Source of the DNA: Schizochytrium sp. TIO01
Taxonomy: Eukaryota; Protista; Bigyra: Labyrinthulomycetes
Assembly (NCBI GenBank): GCA_004764695.1
Contig: SMSO01000014.1
Coordinates: 1,793,648-1,857,647 of the forward strand
Direction of reading: 5' to 3'
DNA: 64,000 nt
Part shown: positions 30,208 through 40,300 of the stretch, one piece after another
How positions within the stretch are numbered: position 1 is the stretch's first letter
How the letters are laid out: each line of letters starts with the position of its first letter
The notes under the pieces: generated by a model
The model's input: only the letters and a program-made list of their open reading frames with translations
What the model was told of the DNA's origin: nothing
The model's database searches: none
Program-made: the position numbers and the translations under genes

Positions 30208-32571
30208 TTACGCGGAGGTCTTGGGTTTCTGGAGTTCAAGTAGGAAGTCTAGCAAAGCGTCTCCAAATGCCGCACCCATGTCCAGAAAGTGATGCTGATT
30301 GAGGTGATTGCCTGCAAGGGGACCTGCGTCAATGCCTCCAAGAGAAGCCTCTAGAGTGTAGCTGAGAATTGTTCCGCGAGACTCCTTGTGAATATTGACT
30401 CGGCCTGTACATTCTTTTGCGCGATGAACCACATTTTTGCAGTCTGCGAGAGAGAATACCACACTCGCCTTATCAAGAAGGGATGGAAACACAGGCACAG
30501 GGATAGGCGCGTTCTGAGAAAAGTCGGGCATACGAGGCTTCCCCTTGAATAAACGTTTTTTGATGGGTGTAATTTTCTTCAATCGGTTTTTCGATGCGAG
30601 ACCTGTAGAGTCAGTTACTCCATCCTGATCAGAGGGCGCAGCTTCAGAGTGTTCTCCGGCCTCACCTTCATCAGAGACGGCAGCGGTAGAGGTATCATCG
30701 TCCTGGGCAGCATCCTTATCAGCCTCTTCGTTGTCATCGTTGTCATCATCATCATCATCGTCGTCATCATCATCATCGTCGTCGTCGTCGTCGTCAGGGT
30801 CGTCATCGTTATTGTTATCGTCGTCATCATTATCGTCACATTTCTTCGTTGACTTTTCCGCCTCCTCAGCAGATGAATCTCTCAACTCATTATTGGACTT
30901 GGTAGCCTCAGTTTCCAAAGCTGTCGAGAGACCAGAATTGGTTGGACTCGAGTTTTCATCAGTCGTAGATACTGCGGCAGGAGCAAGAATATCCAGAAAG
31001 TCATCCATTGCACTGATAACATCGCTACGGATAGGCTCATCTGGCTTAGTAGGCTCTGGTTCAGAAGCAACTACAGCGGGCGAGTTTGAAGGTGATGGGT
31101 GAGCAAAGCTGTGCTTACGGCTACCCTTAGAGATGCAGCCATAAATGAAAATATTATGGCGACGAGAATGGCCATGAATGTCACAAAAAAGGACAACATT
31201 GTTGGACTCAGAGAACTCGCCGAGCAGGTTCTTGATTCCGGCAATAGTCGGATGATCCCGGGGCGATGGGTTCCCATAGTTTCTGTTCAAGTCTACGCCA
31301 GCAAGGGAGCATCGTGAGTTTCCAACAATGACTCCATCAGGGTTAAGCATAGGGACGACTTTGAAAACGAAGTTGTCACGAAGCAATTTAGCGTCTAAAC
31401 TCGGCCCTGTAATAAACTCAAGAAATCCTTGCATGATCCAGCTTGCATTGGATTCGCTAGGGTGGACACGTGCAGAGAGAACAATTCCCTTGCGCTTTTT
31501 GATCTCTTCTGGGTCATCCGAGGGCGAGGTGATGGTGAGTACATCACAGCGGTTGCCACCGAGCGTCGTACAAAGTAACTCTCTTTTAAAACGCGTTTTC
31601 CGTGTGTTGTCGATCTCCAGTCGCCACAGAAAACTTTGCAAATCAGTGTACCTGTAAGGGTAGCAAGGCGCAATATAAAAGGGGTCTGTGGCAGTGCAGT
31701 CGTTATCAGTAGTAAAGGTGAAGCAGAGTGCAGTAGGCTGATCCTTGACAGGACCATAGTAGATGTCCGTACCAACTCTGCGCCAGGCACCTTGACGTGC
31801 CGAGTACATGAGCGGCTTGCATCCGCCATGGCGGCCAAAAAGAGACTCTGTCTTGGTAAAGTTCAACAAGCGGAACTTGTACTCCGTGTTAGGGCGGAGG
31901 TTGCGCATATTAAAGTAAAACCACTGCGCATGCTGTTTCTCGCTGCGCGGGTCATACTGCAGGTAGAGATCATAGAAACCTGTTGCACGGCGAACAACCT
32001 TGGCAAGGTTTCCGCTCTCGAAGCGCGACTCGAAGACGATGCAGTTACTTGCCAGTGTGCGTGCCCTTAGACCACTTGAGTCTCGTCGATCATAAACAGT
32101 CTCACCAGGGTAGGGTGGAGGAGCCCAGGCATCAGAGTTTCCGAACTCTTTGACATCTAGCAGCGGCTCAAGGGCTGCCTCACGTCCATTGATAGCATCC
32201 TGGTCGTTTGCAGGTCCAAGGTTGAGTTCTGTTGCATTTTCCACGAACTTGTGTACAGGCGTGGGGAACGTGAGGTAACTCTCACCTAAGAAGCCACATC
32301 CGAGGCTTCCCGGCGACCTCGACGGTGCTCTAGGCACGGCAGCTTTGTTACGAGCGGACCCAGGCCCCACGGGTGGCGTTACGTTAACAAATCCTTGTTC
32401 ACGTTGCTGTGCGAGCTCCTGTTCTGGCTCCGCGAGACCTTCAAGGGCATCTCCATGGGCGTCTCCTTGATGCCGGAGCACGCCAGTGGCTTGTTGCCAA
32501 GCGTGCAGGACGGCACCTCGAAGTAGGCCGTGGCCAGCGTCCACGGCAGTCTGCGAGTCCACGGGCGTCAT
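30208..32571 (-). CDS. Cytosolic carboxypeptidase (M14D; CCP/Nna1/AGBL tubulin-deglutamylase family) with a large acidic insertion
   Basis: FESRFESGNL, QWFYF, CYPYRYTDL, SARVHPSESN (HxxE zinc motif), PMLNPDGV, DLNR, DIHGHS, SYTLEAS. Confidence 0.9.
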   Translation of the reverse strand: MTPVDSQTAVDAGHGLLRGAVLHAWQQATGVLRHQGDAHGDALEGLAEPEQELAQQREQGFVNVTPPVGPGSARNKAAVPRAPSRSPGSLGCGFLGESYLTFPTPVHKFVENATELNLGPANDQDAINGREAALEPLLDVKEFGNSDAWAPPPYPGETVYDRRDSSGLRARTLASNCIVFESRFESGNLAKVVRRATGFYDLYLQYDPRSEKQHAQWFYFNMRNLRPNTEYKFRLLNFTKTESLFGRHGGCKPLMYSARQGAWRRVGTDIYYGPVKDQPTALCFTFTTDNDCTATDPFYIAPCYPYRYTDLQSFLWRLEIDNTRKTRFKRELLCTTLGGNRCDVLTITSPSDDPEEIKKRKGIVLSARVHPSESNASWIMQGFLEFITGPSLDAKLLRDNFVFKVVPMLNPDGVIVGNSRCSLAGVDLNRNYGNPSPRDHPTIAGIKNLLGEFSESNNVVLFCDIHGHSRRHNIFIYGCISKGSRKHSFAHPSPSNSPAVVASEPEPTKPDEPIRSDVISAMDDFLDILAPAAVSTTDENSSPTNSGLSTALETEATKSNNELRDSSAEEAEKSTKKCDDNDDDDNNNDDDPDDDDDDDDDDDDDDDDDDNDDNEEADKDAAQDDDTSTAAVSDEGEAGEHSEAAPSDQDGVTDSTGLASKNRLKKITPIKKRLFKGKPRMPDFSQNAPIPVPVFPSLLDKASVVFSLADCKNVVHRAKECTGRVNIHKESRGTILSYTLEASLGGIDAGPLAGNHLNQHHFLDMGAAFGDALLDFLLELQKPKTSA
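30731..30838 (-). repeat. Coding (GAY)n tract encoding poly-Asp
   Basis: tcg/tca repeats on the + strand read as DDNDDDD... in the carboxypeptidase frame. Confidence 0.9.
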
Positions 32572-34735
32572 CGGAGCTGCCTCGCTTCTCCACGTCCAGG
32601 TCAGAGCGCCTCTCGATTCGGTTTTGCTTCCTCGACGTCGATCGATGTCTTGGCGTGTTCTTGCTTTGTTTCTTCAAAAGTTCATGTTTGTTGCTTTCTT
32701 CAGCTCTTTTCAAAGTGATTTGAATTTTCCAACTTCTAGCAGTTTACTATCGCCAACTATAGTAAAGAAAGCAGCAGAACTTGAATTCAAAAAGTAAAAC
32801 AATTCTAAAAATCCCAAATTCAAATCCCCATTTTCAAATCCCAAAACCCAAAACCCAAACAAACCTAAATCAACGCTCAGTTTGACTCGGCGCTTTCGAG
32901 GTTATCTTCGACTCCGACTCTGGTTTGCGGACATCCACTCATCGGGGAAGGGGCTCGCCGCGACGCCGTGTGTCACCGCAGTCCCAAGGTCCAACGACAA
33001 CGAGGAGGTCTGCAACTTACAACAGAGCTGAGGGTCGTCAAATTAATTCATTGTCTGTCTCGTTCCTCCTTTCGAGGATCTTCTTCTGCAAGCCCACCCC
33101 TGAAGAGACATCGCTGCTGGGTGTAGACCTCGTCTGCCACAGAGCAATGCCGGCGCCTCCCGGGCAAGCGCCACGCTGCCAGCGGCTCTGCCGTTGCTCG
33201 CTCCCGCGCACACTGGTGGGCAGGAGGAGGATCGATTGTTGACTCGAATTCGAGCGACTTCCTTTCCTCACGTCATCAGAGAAATCTATAGATCGATCTC
33301 TGTGGAAGCACAGAGTTTTCTCTCCCTGATGTCTGTTCGTAGTAGTTACATAGTCAATACTGCCCTTTGCGCATTTTCCAAGTCTCGTGGTGTAAATCAA
33401 AAGTTAAAAGAAAAAACTTTATGCGAAGTATCAAGTGCACTGTGAGACCCGTGCAGGGAGAGAATCCGGCACGCGAACTAGAACAGCAATCGTCTCAACT
33501 GAAGAAACCATCGCCATACATCCTGGTCGCCGTCATTAAGTAGGCACGTGGACCTGTGCACGATATCTGGAACTCTGGCATCACAGGTTCGCTTCGCTGA
33601 GCGTATAACCTGGCCTTTATGGAGTGGAGTTTTAGAGACGCTTTTGGCGTGTTTGCTCTTTTATTAGAGTTGAGCTTTTGTCGTGATTACAAAAAGATCC
33701 AAAGCTTTAGACTGGTGCTCGGCTTAATTCGCAGATAGATATCCTTAATCACAGTAGGACAACATTCTCAGTCCCTTTTCCGGAACTCAGCATCGACGCT
33801 CTAGGGTATAATAGCGCATGGCTATCAGAAACGGTAGCATATGAGTCACAATGGTCCAAACTAGTTCCGTGGAGCAGACTCAGAAGTCTATCCTTAGGTA
33901 CCATGCTACCATATCTTATTCTCGAGTGAGTAAGTGTCCAAAACAATACATCAAAATCTCAGCGAGAGCTTCGGCCATCTAGGTGTCTCTAGCTTGCTTT
34001 CGCTTGTCTTTGCCGTTGACGTTGCTTGCGTAGAAAGAAAACAATGCCTTGTGCAAGCACTTTCCAGACCGCTCAAGATCGAGGCCGCTTGTACAATTTA
34101 ATAAAATAAAAACGATCAATTTGCGGAAGAGTGCGAAGCTTCGCTAACAACTACTCCTGCACAAGAACCCTTCGGGACCTTGGTCTGAGAGGCTGTCGTG
34201 CCATAGTTTTTGTGTTTATTTTGCACAAATCCTCATCTTCCGCGGCGGATTTTTTGCAAAGAGACTTGAGAGAAACTTATTAGGGAGGAAACTTGCAGCA
34301 TCATGATATTTACTAACTCAAGAAAAAGGGTTCGTTGATCTTCCGCCCTGGTTTACTACTTTTCGATTCCTCCGAGCCCATAGAGTACCAATACCTACTC
34401 TTCTGGGTAGTTCGCTCATAAAGGGGGGAAGATTGAACCTCTGGATCTAGAGGTACATATGGAACATTTGGCTCTTTTGGCTCTTGCGAAACTGATTTAG
34501 CGGTCATCCTTTGGGACAATAATTATAGATAATTTTACTGACATAGTGGGTTCTGCCAGACAGCAAATGATCGACTTGCTGTTGTTGTATCTATCTTTTT
34601 CTAGGAGCAGCAGCACAAACCTCGATCTTGCGTCACCACATCTCACCAAGATCGACATCACCTTCCTCTCCGTAAACTTGTGAAACCTCGTGTGTGATAT
34701 CTGAATCTACTGAGGTCTCCGAGCCCCTGGACGCC

Positions 34736-35781
34736 ATGGCGACGCCTCAGGAGCGAAGCCAGACACCTCCGCAGCCGCCGCCGCAGCAGCACGAGCGGCA
34801 AGAGCAGCGCGAGCAGCACGAGCAGCACGAGCAGCACAAGGGAGAGAGCGAGCAAGAGCAGGCGCAAGGACTTCAGAATCCAGATCAGTCACAAGATCAC
34901 GAAACTCAAGTCGAAGACTATTCGCAGCTTCAACAGCAACAGCAGCAGCAACAACAGGCGCATACATCCACCCCCCCGGTACCTGCCTCAGCACCTAGAG
35001 ATAACACTCCTCCTGTTGGAACTGATATTCTGCAGGGAGGATCTGCAAATCATACAAGCAACTCGACAGCATCAGTGCCACCGGTACCAACCCCTGCATC
35101 TACAGGAACACCTCGTGGAAACCCTGTGGCGAGATCACGAGCAGATGCTGCGAGTAGAGGCGAGGTTTCTGCCTTTGCATACAAGCTGCTTTCATTTGAA
35201 ATGGTAAGTTGTCGTTCTACTCTTAGGTGCTATGGATGGCCTCAATTTATGAAAATTCTTCTTTCTTTTTGTGATACTAACTAAAGCTCCTTGGCTACGA
35301 GACTGATACTTGGTGATGAACACATAACACTGGGTCGACGAGCAAATATGCGTGCGTGCAGATTCAACTATGCGACGACCAAGATGACCTTGGCAAGCTA
35401 GAAATGCTAGGTTATGATATTGGACACCGGTTTGTGGAGCGCTTCACGAGGCATCACACTAAATTCACCAGCACTTTAGAAGTGGTTAAGTTTTTATGCA
35501 AAGATTTGTGGGCAGCTATGTTTGGAAAACAGGTTGATAAATTGCAAACTAATCACAAGGGTGTGTTTGTTTTGCATGATAATTCGTTCACATGGACCAC
35601 GGATATGATCATTGATTATGATGACCAGGCGAGCTTAGATCAGGCTAAAAAGTTACTCATCGTACCATGTGGCCTGATCCGGGGAGCTTTGTCAAACCTC
35701 GGAATAAAATGTACTGTACGCGCTGAGTTCTCGACGCTCCCAATTTGCTATTTCAATATCCAAATCAACGAAGAGCTTTAA
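34736..35781 (+). CDS. TRAPPC6: TRAPP complex subunit 6 (Trs33/TRAPPC6) with Q/P-rich N-terminal extension; 2 exons: 34736-35203 and 35362-35781
   Basis: Donor ATG|GTAAGT at 35204 and acceptor GTGCAG|ATT at 35361, both phase 0. The joined protein gives LLSFEMIQL...KLEMLGYDIGHRFVER, KFLCKDLW, KQVDKLQTNHKGVFVLHD, PCGLIRGAL. Confidence 0.9.
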
Positions 35782-36254
35782 ATATTTTAAGGCCATCAAT
35801 AGCTTGTTCTACAAACAGTGGCATGTGAACGATGCTTTGTTAGACGACATCTATAGCATCCCATTGTTTTCGTTTCTCTTCTTCTATAAATTGAACAATT
35901 TACATTGTTTCTTGTTTTGGTTTGAGATTTGTGTAAAATAGACGTATATTTTGGTCAGGAGTAAGGCAGTGACGACCCTTTTCTAAGCACTACCTGTATT
36001 CAGTAATATCATTTGCAATCCTTATCATTAGTTGTATACCGTGGAAGACGTTCCCTAAATAAGGTTATGTGACGTGGTCGATATAAATTGGATAATGAAA
36101 AACAACGCATCGTCGAGCATGAGAACTCGCAAGAGGTGGAGAAGATGTAACTAGAAAGAGACACATAAAACGATTATGGATATGTTGTCAAAAGATTATA
36201 CTCTTGATTGAAAAGTGAATAAACAGAGCAACAAGGTGTAGGGTAAAAATGTGC

Positions 36255-37301
36255 TTAGTTGAGGGAGTCGAGGGACTCGGTGGACTGCGTAACTACCTTG
36301 GAGGAACGGAACTCCTCCTCGCTGACACCAGCGGCCTTCTTCTCCTCAATGCGGGCGGCGATCCACTCCATGGTGAGCTTAAGGCCAGACTTGAGGTCAA
36401 TGCCAGGGGCCCAGCCGAGCACCTTCTTGATGAGGGTGTTGTCGGAGTTGCGGCCACGGACACCCTCGGGGCCGGGGACGTGCTTGTGCTTGAGGGTCTT
36501 GCCGGCGAGCTCAATGCAGATGTCGGCCATCTGGTTCATGCTGACCATCTCGTCGGAGCCAAGGTTGATGGGCTTCTTGAAGTCAGAGTCCATGAGGCGG
36601 AGGATACCCTCAACACAGTCATCGATGTACATGAAGGAGCGGGTCTGCTCACCGTTGCCCCAGATCTCGAACTCCTCGGTGGAGGTGAGAGCCTTACGGC
36701 AGAAGGCGGCGGGGGCCTTCTCGCGACCACCGGTCCAGGTACCGTGGGGGCCGTAGACGTTGTGGAAGCGGGCGACGCGGACCTCGAAGCCGAAGTCACG
36801 GCCGTAGTGCATGGCGAGCTCCTCAGAGGCGAGCTTCTCGAGGCCGTAGGCATCCTGGGGCTGGGCAGGCCAGGCGTCCTCCTCCTTGAGGCCGGGGTTC
36901 TGCTCGTCCTCCTGCTTGGACTCGTTGTACACACAGGCAGAGGAGGCGTAGAACATCTTCTTGCAGCCAGCGCGGCGGGCAGCCTCGACCATGTTGAAGG
37001 AGATCATGGTGTTGTTGTAGAAGAGAACAGAGTGGTTAGACTGGATGAAGCCCATGCCACCCATGTCGGCGGCAAGGTTGTAGATCTCCTCACATCCCTC
37101 GGTGGCCTTCACACAGTTGGAGAGGGAGCGGAGGTCAAGGAGCTTGAACTCGTCACAGAACTCAGACTCCTCGAAGAACTCCTGCTTCTTCCAGTCAACG
37201 GCAACGACGTACTTGCCCTGCGCTTTGAGGCGCTTACCGAGGTGGGCGGCGATGAAGCCACCAGCACCGGTCACACAGACCTTAACCTTGCCCTCAGACA
37301 T
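36255..37301 (-). CDS. GME: GDP-mannose 3',5'-epimerase
   Basis: VTGAGGFIA, LAADMGGMGFIQSNHSV, ASSACVY, DAWPAQPQDAYGLEK, GGREKAPAAFCRK, QTRSF, PEGVRGRNSDN. First ATG at 37301. Third codon positions are strongly C/G-biased. Confidence 0.95.
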   Translation of the reverse strand: MSEGKVKVCVTGAGGFIAAHLGKRLKAQGKYVVAVDWKKQEFFEESEFCDEFKLLDLRSLSNCVKATEGCEEIYNLAADMGGMGFIQSNHSVLFYNNTMISFNMVEAARRAGCKKMFYASSACVYNESKQEDEQNPGLKEEDAWPAQPQDAYGLEKLASEELAMHYGRDFGFEVRVARFHNVYGPHGTWTGGREKAPAAFCRKALTSTEEFEIWGNGEQTRSFMYIDDCVEGILRLMDSDFKKPINLGSDEMVSMNQMADICIELAGKTLKHKHVPGPEGVRGRNSDNTLIKKVLGWAPGIDLKSGLKLTMEWIAARIEEKKAAGVSEEEFRSSKVVTQSTESLDSLN

Positions 37302-40300
37302 TTTGCTTGTTTGCTTGGGGTTTACGTTCTGTTTTTCCACCCCGAAATCATTCCACGTGCAATAAGGAGAATCCCATCCAATTCATCATTCATCAATCTC
37401 ACCGTTAGTTCTTCTTCTCTCTATCTTTTCTTTCCTTTCAGCAAATCTAAAAAGATCCATTAAAAAATCTCTCTTCCAAACAAGTCCTTCTTCTCGAACG
37501 CGATTAGATCGCTGGCTCCATCTCATTATTCGAACCTGGTCGGCTCTACAACAACCGTAGACTTTACATTCTTGACTTGCCGCAGTCATTCTCCTGAGTC
37601 GTCGGCTTGCAAACGTATCTAACGTAGTCTCCATTTATCGCATATTGGCGACAGCCTGTCTGATCTTATTTTTTCTCTATTTCTCCGTGTATATAATATA
37701 TATATTATATATATAATACATAGAGCTCTATAGCTTATCCCTCTCTCTCGTGTTCTATTAATTGAGAGTACTGTTTCTTAACTGCTTTCATTCAATGGAT
37801 CAGAGGAGAGAGATTTTATAAGCGCATAGGGAATCATAAGAGCAGACAAAGAGCGTCGAATCCACGCTGGCAGCTTGCTTCATCGATAGGAACGTCGTGG
37901 ATGCGGAGGACACGAAGCCCCGCGAGGCAGTGCAGCCAGTCAGGCCCGGCGCCAGTCTGAGGAGCAGTTGTGGAGCCATGCCAGCGGAGGCTTGCTTGCA
38001 GCTGACTGAGATATCAAAGGCCTGACAGAGCTGACTGCAGGCAACTGCATGCATTGTCCAAGATCAGTCAAGATCAATCGACTGCCTGGAGCACTATCGC
38101 CAACAAGACGTGGCGCCAGCGAGAGGGCGAGGAGAGAAGGGTGTTGCAGGGATGGAGGGCCTGACGTGTAAACTTCGTCAGGCAGCGCGAAGGCGTGAAG
38201 GCCTGCCTCTGGTCATCGTCGCGCGCGGACTTACCGATGGATATTCGAATCGAGCGATTTGGATTTGCCGTGCTGTCTTCGCCTGTTCTCTAAGTGCTCT
38301 CTAAATCTCTGTGGCTGTACCTCTTTCTCCCACAACCAAAGCCTTCTCTCCTACAAGACATCCCTTCATGCACTCTGACTGTCTTCCTGTGTCTCCTCCA
38401 GGGTCACTGCGATAAAGAGATCCGTGTCATCAGTCGAGAATATCATAGTGCCCCTTTAAAGCCACTACGACTTACTTACTTAGAGCCACCGGGACTTTCA
38501 AAATGTTGATCATTGATACTATGCACTCACAATGCCTTTTAAAAGGGCTTCTCTGTAAAGAAACAAACAGGATTTGTTATTTTCATCAAAGTAAAAAACT
38601 GAGTTGAGTTGAATCCATCCAGCCAGTTTTGCGCTTTCTGGCTTCTTCCTTGTCAGAGGCCGCCTGGGCCTAGTTTCTTTCTGCTTTGGAGCCAGAGGCG
38701 GAGAGCAGGCGACGGGAGGCTGATCTGATCGAGGCCGCCTCTCGACAGCCTGAGCGGCTCCCAGCCGGCCTCACCGCTTGTCTCTGTATTTTAATATTTT
38801 AACTAAGCTACGATCATGCTCTAAAAAGAAAAAAGAAAAAAAGAAGAGAAGAGAAGAGAAGAGAAAAGATAAATAGAAGAGAAACAATACGCTATCGATC
38901 AAAGCCATTCCGTGAAGGACTGACTATAGAGGAGTTAGTTGATGCTGATGTTGCTGTTGATATTCTCGCTCACTTTCCTTTAAACTCGACGGCAAGAAGA
39001 AGCGCTTTCACTTTGCTTAGGTTTTTTAACTTTCGACGAGTACCAAAGTGAGTGTTCACAAATAAAAACCTGTATATTTTAAAGGCTTCTAATTTCTAAC
39101 GCTTTTTCCTCCAACGCGAGAAAAGCCCGTTCCCTTCCTCAGAAAAGGTATCTAGTCGATGAAAGATAAGCTGTGGGGAAAATTAAAGAGCACCCCCCTG
39201 CTTGGATAATCATGGTTATTTTGCACAAGGGCCAGTAACTACTAAGGTTAGTAGTATATAGATGCTATAAAGGATCCGACGATGGTGCGGTTGCTGCGAG
39301 AGTACCCCTAAGCTCTCCCGAGGCAGTTATTTATAAAGGAAGAGAAGAGTAAGTTTTCTTTCAGTGGAGACCTCCACGAAAGCTATCTTGGGCGAGGGTT
39401 TCATGCGCTTTCTACTAAGGCATCTACCCACAGCAAGAGGAAGGTTATGAAAGTACTTTTGTTTCTCGAATCTTGGTTTTCAGAAAGGACCTTCTAATCT
39501 CATGTCACAAGCGTCTCGCGTGAGTTATGTGTGTGATAACAAGCTATGATCTTGCACCAGCTGACATCTGTGGCAATCGAATGTATTACTGGGACACAAG
39601 AAGCCTTTGTAATACTTATCTGGGGAGGTTTTAGAGCCTTCAGAGAGGCTTATCTTGAAGGCTGTCACTCGCGTGAATGTCTATCGCAAGCGAACCGAAG
39701 TTCAAGTCTTTCCAAAACTTGCAGCTCTCTTTTAATGCACCAAATTCGCTCGTCTTAGCTTGAGACGATTTTAGGTTATTAGTTTGGCTGGAACTTTTAT
39801 CTGTGTGCGAGAAAGCGTTTAACTGGAAAAGAGTCTTGATAATCAACCGGAAGCAGAGATTCTTTCTTTCTCATTCTTACAAGCACATTTGAAGAAGAAT
39901 TATCAGAACAAAAATTAACTTGAATCACTAATATGATGCTCCGCTCTCGGAGTATAGTAAGGTGAGCAAACTATAGTAAGGCGGAGTAGACAAGCTTGGA
40001 TCAAACAGAAATGTCTATTATTTTTTCTTATCCATAGAGATGTCAAATATCAAAAATGCTGTCGACCTGGAGAGATTATTTTACTGGTTGAACTGAAGTC
40101 TCGGCGAGGATGTGAACCCTGACAATATCCTTAGATCGGGTTCATCAGATGAAAACGATGACAAGAACTTGATAGTCAACTTAATGATACCACGCACAAT
40201 GGCGTATGCTGAGCGGCTTGATTTGTATATTCAGAAACATAGTTTTCCGGCATCAGTAAAAGATCTCACGATATCTTATGATGATTCTTCGAAAGGTTAG

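Noticed and set aside
32441-32713. 90-aa ORF overlapping the carboxypeptidase start as a third frameshift case
   Set aside because: TTG start, no conserved motif spanning the frames, and no CGG-AAT at the overlap.
36249-37463. 404-aa ORF antisense to GME
   Set aside because: Shadow frame expected from the strong C/G third-position bias of GME; no recognisable motifs.
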